A DNA stretch of 52,525 nt, taken from the NCBI GenBank assembly GCA_021205585.1, contig JAJPXI010000207.1:1-52525 (forward strand). The letters are read 5' to 3'. Of this stretch, positions 7,230 to 15,902 are shown piece by piece (position 1 is the first letter of the stretch; every line of letters starts with the position of its first letter). The DNA comes from Oscillospiraceae bacterium (lineage in GTDB: Bacteria; Bacillota; Clostridia; Oscillospirales; Oscillospiraceae). The notes beneath the pieces are model-generated. The model did no database searches, was not told the DNA's origin, and saw only the letters and a list, made by a program, of their open reading frames with translations. Made by a program: the position numbers and the translations under genes.

Positions 7230-8021
7230 TTGGAAAATATTATTAAATTATTCAACGAGGAAGATTTTAAGGTGTTCGAGAATTCGGACTTTGGTAATTT
7301 ACGGACTGTGTATATTGATGATGAGCCGTGGTTTGTCGGTAAGGATGTGGCGACAGCGCTTGGGTATGCTGATACATTCGGGGCGTTAAAAAAGCACGTC
7401 GATGCCGAGGATAAGCAAAACTGCCAAAATGACAGTTTTGACAGTCCGAGGGGAATGACCGTCATCAACGAGTCCGGCTTGTACTCTCTTATCATGTCCA
7501 GCAAGCTGCCAACCGCGAAAGAGTTCAAGCGCTGGGTGACGAGCGAGGTTCTCCCAAGTGTCCGTAAGCACGGAGCGTATATCACCAGAGAGACACTGAA
7601 TCAAATCATGACTTCGCCGGATTTTGCGATCCAGCTGTTTACCCAAATTAAAGAGGAACAGGAGAAGAACGCCGAACTCCAGAAGGAGAACGACGCCCTG
7701 AAGACTGAGGTTGACGGTCTGGCGCACAACACGGCTGAGTGGGACAAGCGGGCGACGCTCGTAGCTTTGATGCGCAACTTGGCCCGCAACAGTCTTCATA
7801 GTGATTTCCGCTATGCGTTCAATATCCTTTATAAGGAACTGCGGTACGCAAAGAAAATCAGCCTGTCTCAGCGCGACGGTGATGGTTCCCTGATTGACCG
7901 GATTGAGGATGATGAGTGGGACGATGTTCTGGAAGTTGCTTGCTCTATCTGCAAGCGGCACGGTATTGATGTAGCTCGCGTAGTCAATGAGGTCAATGCC
8001 GCTGCTTGCCAGTGCGTTTGA
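7230..8021 (+). CDS. Phage antirepressor, Bro-N domain plus KilAC/ANT-like C-terminal domain
   Basis: TTG start after AAGGAGG. The N-terminus FGNLRTVYIDDEPWFVGKDVATALGY...ESGLYSLIMSSKLPTAKEFKRWVTSEVLPSVRKHGAY is a typical Bro-N signature. Confidence 0.85.
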   Translation: MENIIKLFNEEDFKVFENSDFGNLRTVYIDDEPWFVGKDVATALGYADTFGALKKHVDAEDKQNCQNDSFDSPRGMTVINESGLYSLIMSSKLPTAKEFKRWVTSEVLPSVRKHGAYITRETLNQIMTSPDFAIQLFTQIKEEQEKNAELQKENDALKTEVDGLAHNTAEWDKRATLVALMRNLARNSLHSDFRYAFNILYKELRYAKKISLSQRDGDGSLIDRIEDDEWDDVLEVACSICKRHGIDVARVVNEVNAAACQCV

Positions 8022-8028
8022 TTTTGGG

Positions 8029-8704
8029 GTGGTGCAAACGAGAATTCTTGTAGCTTGCGAGGAGAGCCAGGCCGTGACGGTAGAGCTTCGGCGGCTGGGT
8101 CACGAGGCGTACTCCTGTGATTTGGAGCCTTGCTCCGGCGGACATCCTGAGTGGCATATCCAGGTGGATGCGCTGGAGCTGTTGAAAATGCGGTGGGACA
8201 TGATTATCGCTTTTCCTCCGTGTACATATTTATCCAATGCTGGAGCGAGGCACTTATTCAAAGGCGGAGAGCTGAACATAGAGCGGTACCAAAAGGGGCT
8301 GGAGGCGAAGGAATTCTTTCTAAGTTTTCTTTACGCCGACTGCCCGAAAGTGGCCGTTGAGAATCCGGTGTCGAGCAGAATCTTTGAGATGCGGCCCGAA
8401 AGGGGCCGTGTCCAATCCGGGGTCGCCCCGAATCTTTTTGTCGCCCCCCCCCCCAACGCAGGAAATACAGCCGTGGCAGTTTGGCCATCCTGTGCAGAAA
8501 AAGACCAGGCTGTGGCTTCGCGGACTGCCGCCGCTGGAGCCGACCAATGTGATCGAATACAAATGCGGATGCCACGAGGCCGGAACGTGGTTCATGGTCG
8601 GAGGGAAAGACCGCCAGAAGAACCGAGCGAAGACATTCCTGGGCGTGGCAAAGGCTATGGCCGAACAGTGGGCTGGGGACGCAAATCAGAAAGAGGTGAT
8701 ATGA
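8029..8704 (+). pseudogene. Small C5-cytosine DNA methyltransferase-like gene with its frame broken at a C11 tract
   Basis: The N-terminal part (frame of ORF 7987..8742) has ILVACEESQ, FPPCTYLSNAG and VAVENP motifs. The C-terminal part (frame of ORF 8357..8704) has TQEIQPWQFGHPVQKKTRLWLRGLPPLEPT...RAKTFLGVAKAMAEQW. The frames change within cccccccccccc-type run 8444-8454 (11 C), and removing one C fuses them. The GTG 8029 start is uncertain. Confidence 0.7.
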
Positions 8705-8881
8705 ATATCCAAAAAATTAACGGCACAGCGGTACATATTTAAGATACGCAGCTCCAGACTGCGCAAGGCAAAATGGAATCTGACGCTGTCCATCGACGAG
8801 GCCAGAAAAAATGAGGAGGTCATCGCTCTGGCCGACAGCCAGGTACTGCGTTGGATTGACGAGCTGAACGGCCTGGAGGAC

Positions 8882-10330
8882 ATGGACGCCTGCGCTATTG
8901 AGTTAAAGCGAGAGATCCGGCAGATCCGCAGGGAGCCGAACAGCATCCAGAGCAAACGCCGTATCCGGCGGCTGTATGCCGAGCTGGACAACGTGCAGTA
9001 CAAGCCGGACTACCTGTGCGTGGTGATGGACCGGCCAAGCGACTACCGGCGGGCGGTAAAAGGTTTTTCGGTCAACGGTATCCGGTACAAGCGTCTGCTT
9101 GGTACGGCTGGCGGCATTAAGAACAGCACCATCGTTTTTGTCAGCGACCGGTTGGTGGACGAGCTTCGTCGGCGGATTGACGACGGGCGGGACATGGCTC
9201 AGGCGTTCGTCCCGGCGAAACTGGAAGCGTATAAAGCTCTGACGTGCAGTGCCTCTACCCCGGTGTCCGCACCTAACGGCGTTCTGGTTGTGAACGACTG
9301 CGAGACCAGCTTTGTGTCCGAGGTCATGTATCTGACCGACGAGGGCGACGGCGAACCGGCTATGGAATACCGGGACGCCCAGGAGATTACGCTGGATGCG
9401 TCGGACGGCTGCGGGATGATTCATCCCTCCCTCGCCCAGAGGTGGAGCGACGAGCTTGGGCTTGGCTATTTGGCCAGCGGGCTGAACACCAGGATGGCCT
9501 GGGAGAAGGGCGTTGTCTTCACCTTCGACTTTGTGGACTTCGCCGAGCGGGTGGCCGGGACGTATCTAGTCAAGGACGCTTGGGGCGATGAGGTGGATGT
9601 GCGAAATGTGGACTTGGTGCTGACCACATCCATGGTCAAGCTGTGGGACAGTTATGAGAGCTGCCAGGATTATCTGGAGAAGTCTTACGCAAACGGCTAT
9701 ACATTCGGGATCACCAAGGTCTGCCCGGAGGAGCTGGAGAATGAGCGGACGCTGAACTACCAGTTCATCCAGCCGTTCTCGCTTTACGACGACGATATTG
9801 AGGAGCTGATCGCCCCGACGATGAACGAGGTTAAGGATGTGCTCGGCGGAGACTGGCGCAAGACTGTGCTGTTTCTAAAAGGCTCCGGTCTGAAAGAAGA
9901 GCGGGCTGCCAGGTTCGAGGACGACATCGCCAAGGCGATTATGATCAACCCACAGATGGTGGACGACCCGTATGTCCAGAACGCGGTGTACCAGGCGATT
10001 AAGAAGCGGATCGACGAGGCGAAGATCGGTGTGCTGAAAGTCCACGGCAACTACTCCATAGTCTCCGGCGATTTGTATGCTCTGTGCCAGAGTATGTTCG
10101 GGCTGGAGGTCACTGGTCTGCTGGGAGCTGGTGAGGTATATAACCGATACTGGCTGGACTGCAAGGCAGAAAACCTTGTTTGCTTTCGAGCGCCCATGAG
10201 CTGTCCAAATAATATCCGGCTGGTGCATCCGTCGGCCAGCGATGAGGCCGCCTACTGGTTCCGTTATATGCGGACTTGCACTGTGTTCAATGGGTGGGAC
10301 ACGGCGATGGTGGCATTAAATGGGTTGGAT
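8882..10330 (+). CDS. Two-barrel (DPBB) DxDGD polymerase candidate, YonO / RdRP-like, exon 1
   Basis: Track ORF 8882..10333 ends ...CFRAPMSCPNNIRLVHPS...TAMVALNGLD, then TAA. The frame is open upstream to 8705 with no ATG/GTG/TTG, so the N-terminus is uncertain (see findings). Confidence 0.65.
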
Positions 10331-10628
10331 TAAATATCTATAGTCCCCCGCGTGGGTAACTGCGCGGTGAAAATTCGGTGAACCTGTAAATGCAGGGTGT
10401 GCGCACTGCGGTGCGTGCTAACGGTGAAACTCTCAGCTGAGACAACACCGTGCCAAGCCTTTGCGGAAACGCATTGGAAGGTGTAACGACTACAGCATAC
10501 GGCCTAAACGAGAGCATGGTTATGAAGCTGGTACTGCGCCGGTGAAACTCCGGCGCGGGAAGTGCCGAGCGCCCAGACTGCTGGGTGATGAGATAGTCTA
10601 TTCCCCATGGTGACATGGGGTAGTAAAG
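10331..10628 (+). mobile_element. Group I intron (298 nt, no ORF) inside the polymerase catalytic motif
   Basis: P1 is ggaT (10327-10330) with Gtcc (10343-10346), giving U.G at the splice site. P10 is tatg (10629-10632) with tata (10339-10342), directly adjacent. An R-like element ggtgtaacgactaca (10480-10494), an S-like gagatagtc (10590-10598) and several GNRA-type capped hairpins are present. The last nucleotide is G. The first intron codon is an in-frame TAA. Confidence 0.8.
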
Positions 10629-11738
10629 TATGACGGAGACCTGGTCATGCTGACCGACAACGAAGTCCTGGTGCGGAACTTCGAGCCGCTTCCCGCCCTA
10701 ATGTGCGTCCAGCGCAAGGCGGAAAAGAAAGTGCCGACGGAAGAAGACTTTGTAGAATCCAATCTTGCCAGCTTTGGCAACGAGATCGGACAGACGACAA
10801 ACCGGATCACAGCGATGTATGAGATCCAGTCCCGGTGCAGGAAGGGCGACCGGGAGTATGATGAGCTGGCGTACCGTATTCAATGCGGGCAGTTGTACCA
10901 GCAGAATTCAATCGACAAGGCGAAAGGGATTATCTGTAAGCCAATGCCGAAGACCTGGTACGACCGGCACGCGGTCAATGATATTGAAGACGGCAACACG
11001 CGGGAGTTCTACCGCAGCATTGTGGCGGACAAAAAGCCGTACTTCATGCGGTACGTCTACCCCGCCCTAATGAAGCAGTACAACACTTACATAAAGAACA
11101 CGGGCCGCAACGCCCAGCGGGAATTTCAGACGACCGTTGAGGAAATGAAGAGCGTTCCATACGGCGAGCTGAAGGATGACCAGAAGAAATTTCTCCATCG
11201 GTATGACTACGGGATGCCGGTCGGAGTTGGCGACTGCGTCATGAATCGGATTTGCCGCCGGTTCGAGCGGGAGTTCGATGGCCATATCAAAAAGCACAAT
11301 GCCTCCTCTCTATTCGACTACCGGATTCTGAAATCCGGCTGTGAGTATAGCGAGGATCAATTCCGCGAGATCAGACGGCTATACGACGAGTACGTCGCCC
11401 AGCTCAAGCGGTACAAGATATTCTCGGCCTACGAGAAGGTCGACGGAGATATTTCCTCCGCTGAGTTCCAGGTTATGAACGAGGCGTTCCGTGCCGCCTG
11501 CGTCACCACCTGTCCGAACGAGGCGACCCTGTGCGATACTCTGCTGGACTTGTGTTATACACGCAACGCGACCAAGCGGTTTGTATGGGAGATGTGTGGC
11601 TCGTCAATCATACAGAATTTACTAAATCGAAATGACAGGATGATCTCCGTGCCTGTCCGGTGCGAGGACGGAGAATTTACATACGCCGGAGAGCGGTATG
11701 CTGTGCGGCAGACAAAGCTGGACGAGGTGAGCGGTTGA
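10629..11738 (+). CDS. Two-barrel DxDGD polymerase candidate, exon 2
   Basis: It begins tat gac gga gac (YDGD) in the frame of track ORF 10647..11738. Ligation gives ...ALNGLD-YDGD-LVMLTDNE. Confidence 0.7.
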   Translation, partial: YDGDLVMLTDNEVLVRNFEPLPALMCVQRKAEKKVPTEEDFVESNLASFGNEIGQTTNRITAMYEIQSRCRKGDREYDELAYRIQCGQLYQQNSIDKAKGIICKPMPKTWYDRHAVNDIEDGNTREFYRSIVADKKPYFMRYVYPALMKQYNTYIKNTGRNAQREFQTTVEEMKSVPYGELKDDQKKFLHRYDYGMPVGVGDCVMNRICRRFEREFDGHIKKHNASSLFDYRILKSGCEYSEDQFREIRRLYDEYVAQLKRYKIFSAYEKVDGDISSAEFQVMNEAFRAACVTTCPNEATLCDTLLDLCYTRNATKRFVWEMCGSSIIQNLLNRNDRMISVPVRCEDGEFTYAGERYAVRQTKLDEVSG

Positions 11739-12529
11739 GCGTTGAGCTTCGAGAAAATGAATGGGCGGAACGGATGATCTCTCTGGGTGAGCTTGGCCGT
11801 AAGCCAGGTGTGACGGTGCGGCGTGTGGCGCGGTACTACCTGGATTGCGGCTATGACCGCCGAGCGGCGGAGCGGGCCGTTGAGGAGTTTGTACTCCGCT
11901 GTGCGCCGGACTCCGGCTCCCTCTATCGCTCCAGCTTGGCGGAGAATGGAGTAAAGTGGGCGATGAAGCAGGAGGCGGTTAATATTGACTGGATTGGAGT
12001 TTCGGCTGGGGAGCTTGAGAAGATTGGGCAGATAAGCAGAAGACCGGTGAAGCGTTTGGCCTTTACACTCCTCTGCCTTGCGAAATATGGCATGATACGC
12101 AATCCGAAAAGCAACTACTGGGTCAGCACTCCATGCAACGACATTATGCGCATGGCGAACATCAAGACTTCGACCAAGCGGCAGGACGCCATGTTCCAGG
12201 AGCTGAACAGTATGGGCTTGATTGAGTTCTCTGTGCGGGTGGACAACCTAAGCGTTCGAGTCTGCTTTGTGGACGACGGGGAGCCGGTACTCCAGGTACC
12301 AGACTTTCGGAATCTAGGTTATCGGTATCAGATGTATCTGGGCGAGCCGTATTTCGAGTGCGTGAACTGCGGGTTGGTCACGCCGCAGAACGATCCAAAG
12401 AATCAGCGCCGTCAGAAATACTGCCCGGACTGTGCGCTCAAGATTCGGACGAAGCAGCACGTTGAGGCGGTTTCCAGGTATGATGCGGCGAAGAGAAAGC
12501 GAAAGCAGGAAGTTCAGCCAGCTCCTTAA
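11735..12529 (+). CDS. Hypothetical protein with a C-terminal zinc ribbon (CVNCG...CPDC)
   Basis: In-frame TTG 11735 overlaps the upstream TGA (TTGA) and follows GAGGTG. The track ORF 11660..12529 starts further upstream, inside the previous gene. Confidence 0.6.
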   Translation: MSVELRENEWAERMISLGELGRKPGVTVRRVARYYLDCGYDRRAAERAVEEFVLRCAPDSGSLYRSSLAENGVKWAMKQEAVNIDWIGVSAGELEKIGQISRRPVKRLAFTLLCLAKYGMIRNPKSNYWVSTPCNDIMRMANIKTSTKRQDAMFQELNSMGLIEFSVRVDNLSVRVCFVDDGEPVLQVPDFRNLGYRYQMYLGEPYFECVNCGLVTPQNDPKNQRRQKYCPDCALKIRTKQHVEAVSRYDAAKRKRKQEVQPAP

Positions 12530-12556
12530 AATTGGGACAACTGACAATTTTAAGTA

Positions 12557-12600
12557 CCCCGAAAAACATTGAGTTCTCAATGTTTTTCGGGGCTTTGTTA
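12557..12600 (+). terminator. Rho-independent terminator ending the early block
   Basis: A 16-bp stem ccccgaaaaacattga (12557-12572) / tcaatgtttttcgggg (12577-12592) is followed by ctttgtt. Confidence 0.8.
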
Positions 12601-12663
12601 CTTTTATTATAGTGGAAGGAAAATAAGTCGATCATTTGGTCGATATGAAAGGACGATTATTAT

Positions 12664-13455
12664 TTGGTAGAAATTACTCCGGCGAGATGCCCGAACTGTG
12701 GCCAGCATTTTTCCGTCAACACATTTGTTGGCGAGGAGCCGCTTCGGAGCGACGCCACACTGGTCAGGTCTACGATGTACAGAACGAACTGGTCTGACCT
12801 TCAGGAACTGATCACCAGCGACGATGGCAAGCACAGGTATGCGCTTTCGGTTGGTGACAAGGTTCAGTTCAGCTTAAAGGACGGGACTGAGACATTCGTC
12901 TATGTGGCGGCCATTGACCACTACAACCAGAACAGCGTGATCTTTTCGTTTGGCGAATCGCTGTGGAGCGCGGCGATAGCCGGTAACGCAAGAGACGTTA
13001 TGCTGACCGCGCACTGCGGCTGGTCTGACAGCGCGATGGTGGAGTTTTTGGAAAAGACTGTGCTTCCGCAGTTGCCAGACGAGCTTGTAGAGATTATTGT
13101 GCCGAGGAACATCGACCAGCGGCTGGAGGGGTACATCAGTATTAAAAAGTCGAAGCTGTGGCTGCCGTCTGTAGCGGAGGTTTTCGGGGAGAGTGTGCGG
13201 GATGAGGAATGCGAGTTCGGTGTAAAGCAATTCCCCTTGTTCGAGACTCTGCCTGGACGGATGCGCTACTGCGGGGGCGGCTCGTATGCTAAGCCGTATT
13301 GGACACGCTCCCCGAAGCTGCTTGACAGACAACGATTCTGGGGCGTCAACTATTACGGCTATGCCAATGCTGTGTATACGCATTGTCTGTCCGGCGTGTG
13401 CCCGTGTTTTATGATCAAGCGGGAAGAACGAAAGGTGGAAACGAGTTGCTTTTAA
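12664..13455 (+). CDS. Zinc-ribbon plus DUF6273-like domain protein (moron-like)
   Basis: TTG start after gaaaggacg. N-terminal CPNCG. The C-terminal pattern KLWLPSVAEVFG...YWTRSP...GVCPCFMI resembles the DUF6273 family as I recall it. Confidence 0.6.
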   Translation: MVEITPARCPNCGQHFSVNTFVGEEPLRSDATLVRSTMYRTNWSDLQELITSDDGKHRYALSVGDKVQFSLKDGTETFVYVAAIDHYNQNSVIFSFGESLWSAAIAGNARDVMLTAHCGWSDSAMVEFLEKTVLPQLPDELVEIIVPRNIDQRLEGYISIKKSKLWLPSVAEVFGESVRDEECEFGVKQFPLFETLPGRMRYCGGGSYAKPYWTRSPKLLDRQRFWGVNYYGYANAVYTHCLSGVCPCFMIKREERKVETSCF

Positions 13456-13625
13456 TTAGCAAGGGAGAAAAGGAAATGATCGCGCAGAGATTCCCGGAGG
13501 CGCACATCAGACGGACTATGACACAGAAATCCAAACGGCACCGCTACTATGTGGAGGAGACGAAGCCGGTTGTAGAATTCTTGAACGAGCTGCGCAACAG
13601 CGGCGTGGTCGAGGTGAGGTCATGA
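13446..13625 (+). CDS. Small conserved phage protein (59 aa)
   Basis: In-frame TTG 13446 follows AAGGTGGA. ISKGEKEMIAQRFPEAHIRRTMTQKSKRHRYYVEE matches a small-protein pattern common in Firmicutes phages. Confidence 0.55.
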   Translation: MLLISKGEKEMIAQRFPEAHIRRTMTQKSKRHRYYVEETKPVVEFLNELRNSGVVEVRS

Positions 13626-14839
13626 GCGAGGAGCTGTATCGCCGCAGGGATGGTGAGACGCTGCTGCAATACCACAGGCGGTTGGTGAACGGCAAGCTGG
13701 TGGACAAGACCATCGACCTGGATTACACGGAGCTGTCCGAACTGGTCTACGGCCAGCACTACTCCAGCGACGTGGCGCGGCGTATGCTGTACGGCAGCCG
13801 CAAGACATTGGAGCTTTTGGACGCCGAGCGCACCAATGGCATGGATGACGATATGATTGCCGAACTGGACGAGAAGATCGCCCAGTCCAAAATGGAGACG
13901 CAGAAGCTGCGCGACCAGAGGCGTGAATATAATAAGCTGATGTATTTCGACGGCCGTATGGAACATTTGTATGAGCGGCTGGTGGAGGCCGCTGAGAATC
14001 TCAGGGACACGATTGGCGATCTGAATTTTGATGTGCCATTCGTACCGAATGATGCAAAAAACGAGAATGAGGCTGTGCTGGTGTTTGCCGACTGGCATTA
14101 TGGCCTGAAGACCTCCAACGCCTTCAATGAGTACGATACGGAAATTTGCAAGTGCCGCGTTGAGAAGGTTGTGAACGATGCGGCGGAGAGAATCGCGCTG
14201 CACGGCTGCAAGAAATTACATATTGTAATCCTGGGAGATCTGTTCCACGGCGCAATTCATACCAGCGCACGGGTCGCCTCGGAAGAGCTGGTGTGCGACC
14301 AGATTATGCAGGTGTCCGAGATTTTGGCACAAGCCATCGAATATCTGAGCCACTTCTGCCCCAAGGTTGAGGTGTACGCCACTTACGGTAATCATGGTCG
14401 GACGGTGCAGAACAAGAAGGACAGCATCCACCAGGACAACATGGAGAAGCTGATTCCCTGGTGGCTGACATATCGGCTGGACGGCTGCGAGGGCGTTTGC
14501 GTACATAACGGCGAGGTGGACGAGTTCGTTTTCCCCTCTGTTTGCGGGCATGAGTTCTGTGCGGTGCATGGAGACAACGATACAGTGCGGCAGTCTCCAA
14601 AGCTGCTGACGACGCTGTTCCAGAAAGTATATGGGAAGAATGTGGAATATATTCTGCTGGGTGATAAGCATCACGGTGAGAGCTTTGAGGAGCTGGGCGT
14701 GACGGCGATTATGTGCGGGTCTCTGTGCGGAACAGACGACTACGCCAACGGAAAACGATTGTACTCTACCCCGTCCCAGTTGCTAATGATTGTCAATCCT
14801 GCGTGCGGTGTGGACGCCATGTATCGCATCAAGTGCTAA
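13622..14839 (+). CDS. Calcineurin-like metallophosphoesterase (Mre11/SbcD-like fold) with a coiled-coil N-terminal region
   Basis: ATGA overlap with the previous gene. Motifs DWH, GDLFHG, GNHG, HGD and GDKHHG are present. Confidence 0.85.
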   Translation: MSEELYRRRDGETLLQYHRRLVNGKLVDKTIDLDYTELSELVYGQHYSSDVARRMLYGSRKTLELLDAERTNGMDDDMIAELDEKIAQSKMETQKLRDQRREYNKLMYFDGRMEHLYERLVEAAENLRDTIGDLNFDVPFVPNDAKNENEAVLVFADWHYGLKTSNAFNEYDTEICKCRVEKVVNDAAERIALHGCKKLHIVILGDLFHGAIHTSARVASEELVCDQIMQVSEILAQAIEYLSHFCPKVEVYATYGNHGRTVQNKKDSIHQDNMEKLIPWWLTYRLDGCEGVCVHNGEVDEFVFPSVCGHEFCAVHGDNDTVRQSPKLLTTLFQKVYGKNVEYILLGDKHHGESFEELGVTAIMCGSLCGTDDYANGKRLYSTPSQLLMIVNPACGVDAMYRIKC

Positions 14840-14859
14840 TATAGAAAGGAGGCGGTTGT

Positions 14860-15885
14860 ATGCCGAGAAAAACAAAACACAACACCATCACATCGCCGGA
14901 GCTTCTGGCGAAGGTGAATCCGGAGAACACTGCATTGCTGAATGACTTTCTGGATTACCTACGGTCTACGGACAAAAGCGCGGGGACAATCGCCGCCTAC
15001 GAGAGCGATATTGAGATTGCCTTTGTCTGGTGCTTGCAGCACAACGAGAACCGGTTCTTTGTGGACTGGACGAAGCGCCAGATTGTGCAGTATCAGAACT
15101 GGCTGATCAATGAGAACGGGAATAGTCCGGCCAGAGTGCGGCGGCTGAAAGCGTCGCTGTCCAGCATGGCTAACTTCACGGAGTCAATTTTGGATGACGA
15201 GTTCCCGAACTTCCGCAACATTATCAATAAGGTGGAAAGCCCGATCAACCAGCCGGTGCGGGAGAAGACCATCTTCACCAGTTCGCAGATCGTCGGCCTG
15301 CTGGAGTACCTGACCGAGCGGGGTGCGTATGAGAAGGCTTGCGCTGTGGCGCTGGCGCTGTACTCCGGTCGGCGCAAGGCGGAGCTGCTGCGGTTCCGGG
15401 TATCGGACTTTACAGACGACCGGCTAGTCTGCGGCGGGAGTCTGTACAAGACCGGAAAGATCAAGACCAAGGGTCGCGGCGCACAGGGCAAGATGCTGGA
15501 GTGCTTTTGCCTGGCGAAGCAGTTCAAGCCGTATCTGGATCGCTGGCTTGAGTACCGGGAGCGGAACGGGATTGAGAGCGAGTGGCTCTTCCCTTCCAAG
15601 GAAGATCCGTCTGTACCCCTCGGCATTGCCACGCTGAACAGCTGGGCGATGTCCTTCAGCCGGTATCTCGATATGGATTTTTACTGGCATAGTCTGCGGC
15701 ATTTGTGTGTGTCCGACTTTAAGCGGGCTGGGATTCCTGATACCGTGATCCAGCAGTACATCGGCTGGGAGGACATCTCCATGGTGCCGGTGTACTCGGA
15801 TTTGCAGGCAGACGAACAGCTCAGTATGTATTTCAATGAGGACGGCATTGTCAAACCGGAACAAAAGGATTTGAGCGAAATCTGA
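14860..15885 (+). CDS. int: Tyrosine recombinase / phage integrase
   Basis: AAGGAGG SD. Has a SAM-like N-terminal domain, LALYSGRRKAELLRF (box I Arg), HSLRH (box II) and a C-terminal VPVYSD Tyr. Confidence 0.9.
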   Translation: MPRKTKHNTITSPELLAKVNPENTALLNDFLDYLRSTDKSAGTIAAYESDIEIAFVWCLQHNENRFFVDWTKRQIVQYQNWLINENGNSPARVRRLKASLSSMANFTESILDDEFPNFRNIINKVESPINQPVREKTIFTSSQIVGLLEYLTERGAYEKACAVALALYSGRRKAELLRFRVSDFTDDRLVCGGSLYKTGKIKTKGRGAQGKMLECFCLAKQFKPYLDRWLEYRERNGIESEWLFPSKEDPSVPLGIATLNSWAMSFSRYLDMDFYWHSLRHLCVSDFKRAGIPDTVIQQYIGWEDISMVPVYSDLQADEQLSMYFNEDGIVKPEQKDLSEI

Positions 15886-15902
15886 CCACGGGTGGTGAAT
15901 AA

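Noticed and set aside
7987-8028. ATG 7987 as the start of the methyltransferase-like gene
   Set aside because: It lies inside the antirepressor gene (which ends at 8021) and adds a non-conserved leader. The family-like sequence starts at ..RILVACEESQ, so a GTG near 8029-8032 is more plausible, although it remains uncertain.
8700-8706. TGA read-through or an alternative genetic code linking the MTase C-terminal frame to the polymerase frame (same frame, single TGA)
   Set aside because: TGA is clearly used as a stop elsewhere, with coupled restarts at 11736-11738, 13623-13625 and 17411-17413. A recoded TGA is therefore unlikely.
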